DNA from: Blepharisma stoltei ATCC 30299 | Lineage: Eukaryota > Protista > Ciliophora | Direction: 5' to 3' | Assembly: GCA_965603825.1 (NCBI GenBank) | Contig: CBFDEM010000010.1 | Span: 532,158 to 596,157, forward strand | DNA: 64,000 bases | In this document: positions 13,111-24,858 of the stretch, piece by piece | How the letters are laid out: each line of letters begins with the position of its first letter | Position numbering within the stretch: the stretch's first letter is position 1 | Made by a program: the position numbers and the translations under genes | The notes under the pieces: generated by a model | The model's database searches: none | Seen by the model: the letters and a program-made list of their open reading frames with translations, nothing else | Told to the model about the DNA's origin: nothing

Positions 13111-13617
13111 GAATTAATCTTTAAAGATAATTTGTATGAAAATCTTCTTGAAAGTAGAAAACGAAAATAGCAAACTATCACTTATACTTGAGATTCTAAT
13201 CAGGGTTAAACTGCATAGCGCAGTATATTTTTTGGTTAGTATATTGCTTGATCGTAGTGATCTCTTACGTCAAGCGATTAATATTCATTCAAAGCTATTA
13301 ATAATTATTTATATTTAGACTCAAGCTATACTACCTTATATGAACAACTTTTAATGTGCTCTCTATAGTATCAATCTTTATTGCCCTGTTGATATTTTTC
13401 CAATTCTTAACATACGGCAAATGAATATAGCATTTCAAGTCCAAGGACTGCTTTTAGCTGCTTCAAAGGCAAAATTTTATCAATCCCGAATAATTCATCT
13501 TATAATTTTACTATTTGTTATATTTTGCAATTAAATAATTAAATCTATATTTAATTTAGTCATTATTCTAATGAGCATGATAATTCTATAATGAAACATC
13601 GAATTTTTATATTAATT

Positions 13618-14910
13618 ATGTGCAGTAGACTCTGCTCTTTCGAAAAATGCTCTAGTAATCCTGCAGTTGTATGCAATTGCGAGGCAATTCCTGTATTAAT
13701 TTGCCAAGAGCACATTAAAAATCATTCCCAGCTTCAAAGATCCCATACTTATACCAAAGTTTTTTCTGAAATTCGAGAAGAAGCAAGGAAATCTGCAATT
13801 AAATTATTTTCAAAAATCAAGCCAGAATTAAGAAAACTTAGATCAAATATCATACAAGAAGAGCTATCAATGATTAAAGAAATCAACAAAACTTCCAAAA
13901 ATGCTTTAGTAGAGCTTAAAATTTGTGAAGAAAACTTAAATCAAATTATATTAGAAATCAGCAGCTTAAGATTTATTGATAACTCAAAATCATCGACTTT
14001 TGTAGAATCATTACTCAAAATGCAACAACAAGATATTGAAAAAATCAAAAAAATTAGAGGGCCTAAGCTTAGCATAAATAGCATTGATTCTAATTTTTTT
14101 TCTAAAATTTTCGAGCTTGAGACCTCACCAGAATGTTTCGATTATCGGCAAAATTATTGTGATAATCCCAGAGTAATTAAATTTATATGAGGAAATTCAA
14201 ACAAATATATTATTGGTACTTTTGATGCCGAAACTTTAAAAGTTTATCAGCATAAGCTTGAGGGTGATTATTTTTATCAACATGGGATAAAGTGTTTGCT
14301 GCCTGATGGTAGCATTCTTTATGCTCTATATGAAAATTTGATGATAATTGACTCGTTGGGTAATATAAAACCAATATCTACTTATAAAATTAAGTCAATG
14401 ATTTCTCCCATCTATGTTGGTGGATGCATTTTCGCATGTACTGGCTATCCGAAGATGGGCGAAATACATTATTCAAAGAAACGAATGAAGCGAATTAACT
14501 CCTCTTCCTCAAAGTCATGAGCTTTTCCATTTTTGCGCTTTGTTTCAAAATTATATATTTTATTAGGATCAAATAGCGAATCAAAAATTATTTACTATGA
14601 TATGCTAATAGATTCTTTTTCAGAAATATCATCATTAAATTTAAAAAAATCAGTAACAAAGACTATTGTTGTGCAAGATCGAAGGGTATTTATTATAGAA
14701 TTTTCTCAATTTATATATGAAAGCACTGATAATTTAATAGCATGAAACATTATAGGAGAATGCTCTGGACTAACAGCACGTTTTTCTATCACAAGCTATC
14801 CCATCTTTTATAAAGAAAAAATATATTTTGCACATACATATAAGATCTATGCATTTGATATAAAAGAAAAGGTTATCAAATTTATGGTTAACCTTGATTT
14901 TTCTCATTAA
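13618..14910 (+). CDS. Zn-finger/coiled-coil/Kelch-like protein, copy 3 (frameshifts at ~14450-14550)
   Basis: Near-identical 5' half to copies 1 and 2, with divergent propeller loops. Ends at TAA 14910. Confidence 0.75.
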
Positions 14911-15949
14911 TTCTAATATCTTTAACGCATAAAATTATTTAATCAGCACGCATAATATGATTTTAACTAACGCCCTGCATATATAAATAGAATTTACCTT
15001 AAAACTACGTTAGGCTATTAAAACGAATTTTGAAGCTAACACTGACTTCCTTTGCAAGATTTATCAGTTTTGCAGTCAGGCTGCTGTGAAAGATCTAGGG
15101 TTGGCCTTTCCTTACTTTAAGACTTCACTATTAATTAGTCAGCTTATGGATTTTTTGACCCAGAAATGGCGATGGGAATCGTTTGATTTCAAAAATTAAT
15201 TCTTGGGGCTTAGCAGGTGCTAAAGTGCCTTTCTTCAGAAATTACAGGAAAAAGACTGTTTCAATAGTCGATATGTAAATTGACGGTTTTAGGCAAGTGC
15301 AATACTTAAGAGTCGAAGGGCATTGTCACATACCTCAATTTCCTATTACAAAAATATAGAAAAACCTCTTTGATGCATATTTACTGGGCTTTTTAGATTA
15401 TTTAAGAGCTCGCCTTAGCTTAAGGTCTGGGCTGTAGCGTCCAAGTCACTAGAAAACGCACATGTCTTGGGTTTATTAAATATAAATATAACACTTTGAC
15501 TAAATAATTCCAACAAATTATAAATTTTTTATACAGCCTTTCATCTTTCCTAGTTCGAGTCAAATATAATTATATCACCATTTTTAATCTTCACCTCACA
15601 TGGTATTTCCATTAAGCTTTCACCATAATAATGCCATTCAATGGCTGAATTAGAAGAAATCAGACCCTGCCAATCTTTTGCGTAATATTTGGCAAGAGGC
15701 TATTCTCTTTACCAATTCTTATTCATACAGTTGACTTATAGATATCGATTTACAGGATATTGCCTTATAATTTTTGTCTATTTTGCTTAAAATGTTTTCA
15801 CAAGCCTTTTTCTTCTTTCTCTGGTATAAGTCTCTTTTGCTTTTTGCAAAGCTTTAAACTGTCTGATTTTTTTTTTCTCAATATTCATATATCAAAATCA
15901 AAATAAATGCTTAAATAGATTTTTACTATTCTCCAAGTTTATTTACTAT

Positions 15950-16350
15950 AAGCAAGTACATACCCAAGGTTTCCTTTGGTATGCATAAACTCTAAGGCAT
16001 GCTATAGATATTTCCTTTTAAGCATATTATTGAATTTGTGATTGCTGAATTTAAATATCAACTTTGATAAGTTTATTGATTTTTCTTAGGTTGATGCAAG
16101 ATTATGTAATTCGATTTTTAACAGGTCGAAGCATAAGGAAAGAGAGTTTATCAAAATATTTTCAATTAGAGAAGTTCCAGTAAAAGCTGATATATACACA
16201 TTCGCAATTTTAGTTCATCAGATTCAATTTCCAAGCCATTTGTAAAAGGCTTTATTGGTTTTTAATTAGTTTTTATGCCTTATAAAAGAATTTTCTTGGA
16301 AATTTCCATGGGTATTAGTGTAAGATAATTTGGATTTCTGATAAAAGAAG
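15950..16350 (+). pseudogene. Heavily decayed protein kinase remnant (second copy at ~12670-13050)
   Basis: Residual DARLCNS (DFG region) and KADIYTFAIL (subdomain IX-like), with many stops. Confidence 0.4.
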
Positions 16351-16456
16351 TTAGTATAATTGTCAAACATTTTTACTGATATTTTATACTGAACTTTTAT
16401 TTTCTAAAACAAAGTAAATTTTAGCCAAACAATTAATATTCACTCAAAGTTATTAA

Positions 16457-18240
16457 TAATTATTTATATGCAGACTCAATTTATATACTACCTTATATAA
16501 AAGCTTTTAATGTGCTCTATATAGTATCAATCTTTATTGCCCTGCTGATATTTTTCCAATTCTTACCACATGGCAAATGAATATAGCATTTCAAGTCCTA
16601 GGACTGGTGTTAGCTGCTTCAGAGGCAAAATTTTATCAATCCCGATTAATTCATCTTATAATTTCACTATTTGTTATATTTTGCAATTAAATAAATTAAA
16701 TCTATAATTAATTTAGTCATTATTCTGATGAGCATGATATAAAACCACCTGCAGTCCAAAATTATTCTTCAGCTAATTTATTAAAATATATAACATTTTT
16801 CAGCTTCTTTTTCTTTAAATTAAATCTGAAAATGCCTGATCAGTTTGCATAATAAACTTTTTCTTCATAATAAATTGGTGAACTCTTCATCTCAAAACTG
16901 CATCCTCTAACATATAATTTCCCAAGAATTTTTCAGTCACTTAAATCTCCGTTATTTTCATATAAATATTCTTCATTGCTAATTGCATAAATATTTTCAC
17001 TACCAATAATAAATAATTTACATTGCGTTATTGATGGGATTGATAGATTTGAAAACGAGTCTATATCAATATCATAGATATACACTTTATTTGTGACAAG
17101 GCTCCATAAAAATACGTAATTCTTAAATAAAGGACCGACCTGCCCTGCACTTCATGCATCATAATTAGAGGCAAGTTTATACCATCGACCTTCGCTAATT
17201 TTATATCTTCATGACATATGGTGAATCCCACTTACTAAATAAACAAAGCCATCATGATAAAATGAACACCCATACTGAGACTTTTTATTCGTTGTAATAT
17301 ACTTTACGTTATTCAAAGGATCAATGATATATGAGACAGATCCATAATGATAAAATAGGCTTCCATCAGGGAGCAAACACTTTGATGCTTGAAAATGCAA
17401 CTCTTTATCTATTTTTAGCTCTATATGATCAATTGTTTTAGTTCTTGCATCAAAAATACTTACGGGCAAGTAAAACTTTAGAAAATCCTAATTTTTTTAA
17501 AGAAACCTCTCCATAAAAGAGCAAAAAGATTTTCAAATATTTTTTATATATGATTTTTATAACAAAATCTCTTGCAATTTTTAAGACATTGAATTCTCAA
17601 ATAGAAGATTTAATTCTAAAAATCAATTTTAATATAAAATTAACTCTTTTAACGAGCAATAAAGAAGGTTTGCTCCCTTGCACAGGAGAATTAAAGTTTT
17701 TGAGTTATTACTGCTTAATTTGAACTTTAGCTTATCAGATTCAAATTGTTGAGAGCTTTTGTGATATCAATTTTGATCAATTTGAAGAATGCTAGATTTT
17801 TCTTCCATATATTACAGAAATGGAAATGAAAGCTAGAAAATGAATAATAAGCAATAATTCTTATAATGACACTATAGTTCAAAGTTCGGATGGGTGTTGG
17901 CATTCTTCAGACTGGTGGTGCTCTCTAATATTTAGCTAATTTATTATCGATCTCTTTTAGTGTCCACTATCATATCGCTCCTGTCCTTCCCTCCCTGCTC
18001 CAAGGTTCCTTGCCCACACACGAGGCCCTATATAGCGTTATTCAGCTCGCCATTCGACTTCTAGCGTTAGATTTTTAAAGGGATAATCTCTAATATAAAT
18101 TCTCTTCTGATTCTTGTATTTTTATTCAAATTTTAACAGATCTTTTGAAGCTTGTAAGGTGCTACGTGAACCATTTTTGGAGCTCCAGGCGCGCAAATCT
18201 CTTAACCGCTGTTTTAGTTTGAAGATAAGAGTTATATTTT
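16457..18240 (+). repeat. Direct repeat, left copy (~1.78 kb)
   Basis: Colinear and highly similar to 21780-23476. Its first ~280 nt also recur at ~13300-13580. Confidence 0.92.
16770..17487 (-). pseudogene. 5'-truncated Kelch-like propeller ORF inside the left direct repeat
   Basis: Open with TGA=Trp (KCLLPDGSLFY..IIDP..FYHDGFVYLVSG..IYYEEKVYY..FRFNLKKKKL). An in-frame TAG lies upstream and there is no upstream ATG. Confidence 0.7.
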
Positions 18241-18421
18241 GGTAATAAATAATTTAATATGAGACTAAAATCTTAATGATAGCATATTTAAATGGAATTA
18301 CAATAAACTTTGATATTTCTTTGACATTTATTATTTATAAGAAAAGACCACGCTTTTTTTTTTTAAGTTACTCTACCTTTATATTCAAAGGGAGGTATTG
18401 ATAATGAAACAATTCAATTGA

Positions 18422-21400
18422 TTAAGATTTTTTAAATCTCTTTTCTGGCTTTTGTTCTTCAACTACATATCTTTTTCTTTTTCTGTTATTTCTTTCCTCT
18501 TCTTGTTCTCGTAACTTATCACGTATGATTTCCAAGCCGGAGTCTTTCTTTTTGATTTTTTGAATTAATCTATCTATATTTTCGTCACCAAACTCAATTC
18601 TTTTTTCTTTTGTTAAAGTAACATCATTTTCTCTACACAATATTGAACTCTGAGAAAATATTTCTCCTCTTGCAGTACTAAAATGATTATTTATATCGAA
18701 TGCAACTTTAATGCTGAATTGTTGCTCGTTTATATGAATTGCTCATTTTCCATCAACAGTATTTCTATAAAATACAATTCCGCGAATTATCATTCGTTGG
18801 AGATAGTCATAATTTGGATTTAAAGCAACTTCTATGTACTTTTTAGCGCATATTTGTCAAAGTAAATCATGAGCCTTTTCACAGACCACAGAAATTTCAG
18901 CCTCTCCTAGCTTTTTATACTCATGAATTATAGCAACATCCCCTTTTCCACGCCTTGAAATGAAAATCCCATCAAGCTTTTTTTGGAATTTGTTAGATAT
19001 CTCAAAGCCGATAGAATATTTTGGATCATTTGCTGTTAATAGTGGTATTGCACCTGCTCCGCCTACGATAGTTTGGAAAAACTTTTCACTTTTATATGTT
19101 CCATCGTTATTTTATCAAGGATTTCTTCTTGTATCGCTCTTGAAACTTCATCTTTATCCTCTAAATTTTCAACAAATTTTTCTAACCAATCATAAGAATT
19201 AATTTGATTTTCTCCTGTTATATTTAGTCATGCATTAAGCATTTTGTGGTAAAAATATCTTCCCACTTCTTTATTAGGAACTACCAAAACATCGATTTTG
19301 TGCTTATATTCATATGGAGTCAAGTATCCTGCATGAAGCAGGAGTAAATAAGCATTATTTCTTGCCCAAGGTTGATTAATAATCGGTTCTTTCAATTTAA
19401 GAAATCCAGTTTTCATTATATCAAATAATTCATCATCAGGTTTAAGAGCTTCGAATATCGAAGTTAAAAATCTATCGTTATTATTAACATCATTTCAATA
19501 TTGATTGAGAGGTCATTGGCAATTATTAGCAGCAGAGTTCAAGCAGCTTATTATCGATCGAGAGTTGTATATTTTCTGACCCCTACATTATAACCATTAT
19601 ATCAGTCTTTTATTAACGCTTTCTGATCTATTAGATGACGGTCTGAATATTCTATTAAGTGCTTATTAAGCAGCCATTCAACATCCGCTTCAGTAAATCC
19701 AAAAAATTTTGAATATGATTTTATCGAAATATTGTAAGGAAAAAAAGCATCTAAATTAGATATATCAAGCAAAGTGTCATAATAATTTCCAGCTACAATT
19801 AATTTTTTTATGCGATAATCGATATGATCGACGAGTAACGTAATGATTTTCCATAAGAGAATCTTTATTTCTTTCTGATTCTTTTGGACGAGTCCTCTAT
19901 TAAAATTTTTATCATATTCATCAATAATAACAATAACAGCTTGCCCATGAATTAGATGAAGCATATGAGCCAAATTTTTCAGTGCTGTAATTATATTTAT
20001 TTGTGAGCTGAATTGTCGATAAGTTCTAAATAGCTGAACTTCAGTAGGCAATATTATTTTATTACGATCAATAATATGTTCCAGCATCTCAACATTTCGA
20101 TTTTTATAATTCATTTTTTCTACTCCGTATTGCTCTATTATTTTCTCTAAGTACAGACAATAGGAGGAAGTGTGCTCTTGATACAGCTTTGAAATTTCTA
20201 CTTGAATTGCTTCAAAAAGGATTTCCGGAGGTATTGATTCTCAGAAAAACCCAGGAAAAGTAAACAAAATAGTCGGAATACACCCAGCAAATTGTCTATA
20301 ATGTCCATTATCAGCATTCATTATTTTCAAGCATTTTGTGCTATCCAAATTATTTAAATCAGTGTTATTTTTCCCTCCTGTAAGTAAATACAAATTTGCG
20401 AATTGCCCATTTGCATCTTGCTCTGGATTTAAAAATGCCTTTAGCATAGTTAAATTCAATGTTTTACCCCAACCTCTCGGTCTCAAAATAGCAAATTTTA
20501 GACACATATCATCTAAAATAGCTTTAATAAACATTGTTTTATCCACATAGACAGCCTTATCATCAATCATACGTTTAAAATCCCTATCACCAGTGCTAAA
20601 AAGATAAGAATTTTTGACTCTAATTGCTGATTGTGGCGTTACAGGAGACTTTTTTAGCCTTTTCTTCATGGAAATTGGTGTTTGGAAGATATTGTGGCCG
20701 GGCAATGAGCTAATCTTTAAAGATTGGATAAATTTATGCGCCATATCATTTTTGCCTTTTTCTTTAAAATCCCTTAATATGCATAATTGATTTAAGTTCA
20801 AATTGCTTAATATAATATCCGTATCATCTTCCGATATTACCCAATCTTCCATTTCTTTTTTAAGCTTGTTTAAAATTGAGTCTTTTATCCTTCCAAGCCA
20901 ACTCAACTCGAAATTTCATGAGTCTATTTCACAATTTTGTGTCAGGGTTTCAATAATACTTTGGTCTTCAAATAGCGCTGTAATTTTATAAGCTGAGTTC
21001 AAATCAAACTGAGAAAATGAATCTAAAAAGACAGATTTGCCTGTTGAAATCAGCATAATTATATTGTACATTGATAATAGGCAGCTTTGGAGGCAATGCT
21101 TATACATTTTAATGCTATGATGATCGAATATCCAATAAGAGTTGAAAAAGCCTCCAAAGGTAGCTGATTGTCCATCAGGCCCTTTATAAGAAAATTTTGT
21201 ACAAAGCAGGTACTTAAGGAGAGGAGGCAACCTATAGTTATTTCCTGATGAATCAATCGAAAAAACTAGCTCAGAAAGGTTATACAGAGGTTCTCCGTTT
21301 ATATTTATGTAGTCCTTGGGGATAATTGCCATTGTTTGCCATATGTAGTTTTTTTCTATTTGCTCATCTGCAAGATTAGAGTTTTACTTGCATCTAATTT

Positions 21401-21742
21401 TCAATAGGCTACAATAGGCCTCTTAAGTTTTTCACCATCATTTCTAATCGCCTCTTCGATTTTCTTTGTATAAGATAGCACACCATTTACTTCATCATCG
21501 ATGGCGGGAGAATTATTCAAAATAAGCTCTGAGCCTATTATTTGAATTTTGTCTTGGTAAATATGCTTAAGGGCTTCTTGAATGCCAAAGGCAGATGCAT
21601 AGCATTTTGCTTTGCTTAAACGATCATAAGTATCAAGATTGTTAAAAACGGTGTAAAGTTCCTGCTTTAAGCTATTCATATTTTTATTTATCAAACTCAA
21701 TTTATAAGAAAATGTCTTAGCCCCTTTTTCATTTAATAGCAT
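18422..21742 (-). CDS. AAA-ATPase-like (PF09820-type) + PD-(D/E)XK nuclease (PDDEXK_9-type) protein, ~1100 aa, three frame disruptions
   Basis: YVDKTMFI, Walker A RPRGWGKTLNLTML, Walker B VIVIIDEYD, FGFTEADV, (W)YNGY, IYNSRSII, LLHAGYLT, VPNKEV. The nuclease region reads SEKFFQTIVG..FE..KLDGIF..IIHEYK..(W)QICAKKY..GIVF. The pieces join via TGA=Trp plus frameshifts at ~21380, ~19580 and ~19108. Confidence 0.85.
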
Positions 21743-21779
21743 TTATTTTACTCTAGATTTCTTTTACACTTTGCCTCAG

Positions 21780-23476
21780 TAATTATTTGTATGCAGACTC
21801 AATTTATATACTACCTTATATAAAAGCTTTTAATGTGCTCTCTATAGTATTAACTTTATTGCCCTGCTGATATTTTTCCAATTCTTACAACATCGCAAAA
21901 TGAATATGGCATGTAAAATCCTAGGACTGGTGTTAGCTGCTTCAGAGGCAAAATTTTATCAATCCCGATTAATTCATCTTATAATTTCACTATTTGTTAT
22001 ATTTTGCAATTAAATAATTAAATCTATGATCAATTTAGTCATTATTCTGATGAGCATGATATAAAACCACCTGCAGTCCAAAATTATTCTTCAGCTAATC
22101 TATTAAAATACATAACATTTTTCAGCTTCTTTTTCTTTAAATTAAATCTGAAAATGCCTGATCAGTTTGCATAATAAACTTTTTCTTCATAATAAATTGG
22201 TGAACTCTTCATCTCATAACTGCATCCTCTAGCACATAATTTCCCAAGGATTTTTCAGTCACTTAAATCTCCATTATTTTCATATAAATATTCTTCATTG
22301 CTAATTGCATAAATATTTTCACTACCAATAATAAATAATTTACATCGCGTTATTGATGGGATTGGTAGATTTGAAAACGAGTCTATATCAATATCATAGA
22401 TATACACTTTATTTGTGACAAGGCTCCATAAAAATACGTAATTCTTAAATAAAGGACCGACCTGCCCTGCACTTCATGCATCATAATTAGAGGCAAGTTT
22501 ATACCATCGACCTTCGCTAATTTTATATCTTCATGACATATGGTGAATCCCACTTACTAAATAGACAAAGCCATCATGATAAAATGAACACCCATACTGA
22601 GACTTTTTATTCGTTGTAATATACTTTACGTTATTCAAAGGATCAATGATATAAGAGACAGATCCATAATGATAAAATAGGCTTCCATCAGGGAGCAAAC
22701 ACTTTGATCCATGAAAATGCAACTCTTTATCAATTTTTAGCTCTATATGATCAATTGTTTTAGTTCTTGCATCAAAAATACTTACGGGCAAGTAAAACTT
22801 TAGAAAATCCTAATTTTTTTCAATTTTTAATTCTCAAATAGAAGATTTAATTCTAAAAATCAATTTTTAATATAAAATTAACTCTTTAACGAGCAATAAA
22901 GAAGGTTTGCTCCCTTGCATAGGAGAATTAAAGTTTTTGAGCTATTACTGCTTACTTTGAACTTTAGCTTATCAGATTCAAAGTGTTGAGAACTTTTGTG
23001 ATATAAATTTTGATCAATTTGAAGAATGCTAGATTTTTCTTCCATATATTACAGAAATGGAAATGAAAGCTAAAAATGAATAATAAGCAATAATCCTTAA
23101 AATGATATTCTTAAAATGACATTATATAGTTCAAAGTTCGGATGGTTGTTTGCATTCTTCAGACTGGGTGGTGCTCTCTAATATTAATTTATTATCGAAC
23201 TCGTTCAGTGTCCACTATCATATCGCTCCCTGCTCCAAACTTCCTTGCCCACACATGAGGCCCTATATAGCGTTATTCAGCTAATCCTTCAACTTCTGGC
23301 GTTAGATTTTTAAAGGGATAATCTCTAATATAAATTCTCTTCTGATTCTTGTATCTTTATTCAAATTTTAAAAGATCTTTTGAAGCTTTGCAAGGTAGTT
23401 GGGGAACCAATTTTTGAGCTCCAGGGTGTGCAAATCTCTTGACCGCTTTTTTAGTTGAAGATAAAAGTTGTATTTT
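21780..23476 (+). repeat. Direct repeat, right copy (~1.70 kb)
   Basis: Colinear with 16457-18240, but lacks ~85 nt corresponding to ~17499-17591. Confidence 0.92.
22090..22809 (-). pseudogene. 5'-truncated Kelch-like propeller ORF inside the right direct repeat
   Basis: Near-identical to 16770-17487 (FQAS vs FHGS). Confidence 0.7.
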
Positions 23477-23630
23477 GATGGTAGTAATATTAGACGCTGC
23501 CAGTTTAACTTGAAAGAAAAATCATTTTCTTCACTGCCTTATTAAGAGGCTTAAAAAACTTATTTAATGCTCTTGTGTTATCAACTATATAGCAGATATT
23601 TATAAAATTTAGCTTGCATTATAGTAATTA

Positions 23631-24773
23631 ATGAAACTTATGCATTTTTTCGAGCCAGAATGCAAGAATGAGGTTGAATACTCGTGCCCATGCACCTCTC
23701 CTGAAACTCTATCTTGTGAACTGCATGCTGGTAAGCATATGAAGATCCCTAGCAGAGCTCATTCTTTCAACTCAATTTTTGTAGAGCCACGTAAAGAGAC
23801 AAAAGAAGAAATTATTAAGTTTCTCACAAGAGAAAACTCAAAAAATAGTAAGTTAAGGGGAGATAATTTGCCACTCAAAGAAATTATAAAATTTGCTCAA
23901 AAACCTTCATTCTATATTTCAGATTTAGTTTACAAGGAGCAGATTCATTTGCTAAAAGATGAAATAAGAGAAATATCAACTTCAATTTGAATAGCAGAAA
24001 ATAACTCCCAAACTGTGGCTGTAAAAAAATATACTTATAGAAAGAAAAAACTTACTCGAAAATACAAAAAAGAAGCAAAATTTCTTGCTATTTTAGATTT
24101 GCTTAATCATCCATTTTTTGTAAAGTTTTATAAATTCGGCAAAAAATCATTAGAAGGACAGTTTGAGTTTTGCGTCGTTATGGAATACTGCCCTAGTAGC
24201 TTGCATAGACAAATTATGGAAAAAATTGTCTTTGGTGAAAATTCTAATTCTATCATAGCTAAAATTGTGGATAAATTATTAAGCGGATTTGTAAAGTTAA
24301 GCAGCTTAAATATTGTGCATAGAGATATAAAGCCTCAAAATATCTTAGTCTCTGAGGATGGTGAGTATAAACTAATTGATTTTGGGATTTCTGAAGTTGT
24401 TTCATCAATTTCTGAAGAAAATGAGTACTTAATTAAGGGCACACATGATTATATGTCTCCAGAACTTATTTCAGAGTTAAATAAAAATTCTCAAACGTGT
24501 GTGAAGTTTAAATATAACCTGGAAAAAGCAGATGTTTATTCATTAGGACTAGTATTTTGGAAAATTAGCACAGGTAAAAGAGTAAAAGGAATCAATCAAA
24601 TTATTTATCAAGAGGAAATGTGCGAAATTCTTAATGAAATAAAATTAAACTGACTAAGAAAAGTGCTAGAAAAAATGCTCTTGATGGATCCAGCAAAAAG
24701 ATTCACATTCAAAGAAGCTTACACATATCTGAAAGAAGATGATGATTTTATCAAAGATCTGAATCTGGCTTAA
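23631..24773 (+). CDS. Chimeric Zn-finger module + Ser/Thr protein kinase, 380 aa, intact
   Basis: The first 77 codons and ~150 nt upstream copy 815-1197. In frame across TGA 23988 to VAVK, HRDIKPQN, DFG, YMSPE and DVYSLG. Ends at TAA 24773. No GxGxxG loop. Confidence 0.9.
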
Positions 24774-24858
24774 AGTATTCGAAAGTAACCGGTAACTCTA
24801 ATTATCATATTAAAAACCATTGCAAATTTAAATTCTATTAAAGATTATTTAAATAAAA

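Noticed and set aside
17880-18215. GC-richer patch in the direct repeats as an ncRNA or CDS
   Set aside because: There are stops in the frames I read, the two copies differ by indels, and I recognise no tRNA, rRNA or snRNA motif.
21356-21361. Euplotes-type AAA-TAG +1 frameshift
   Set aside because: The downstream frame needs -1/+2, not +1. A sequencing indel or an intron is simpler.
16457-23476. LTR retrotransposon
   Set aside because: No gag, RT or integrase motifs, no TG..CA ends, and no target-site duplication seen. The repeats contain host gene fragments.
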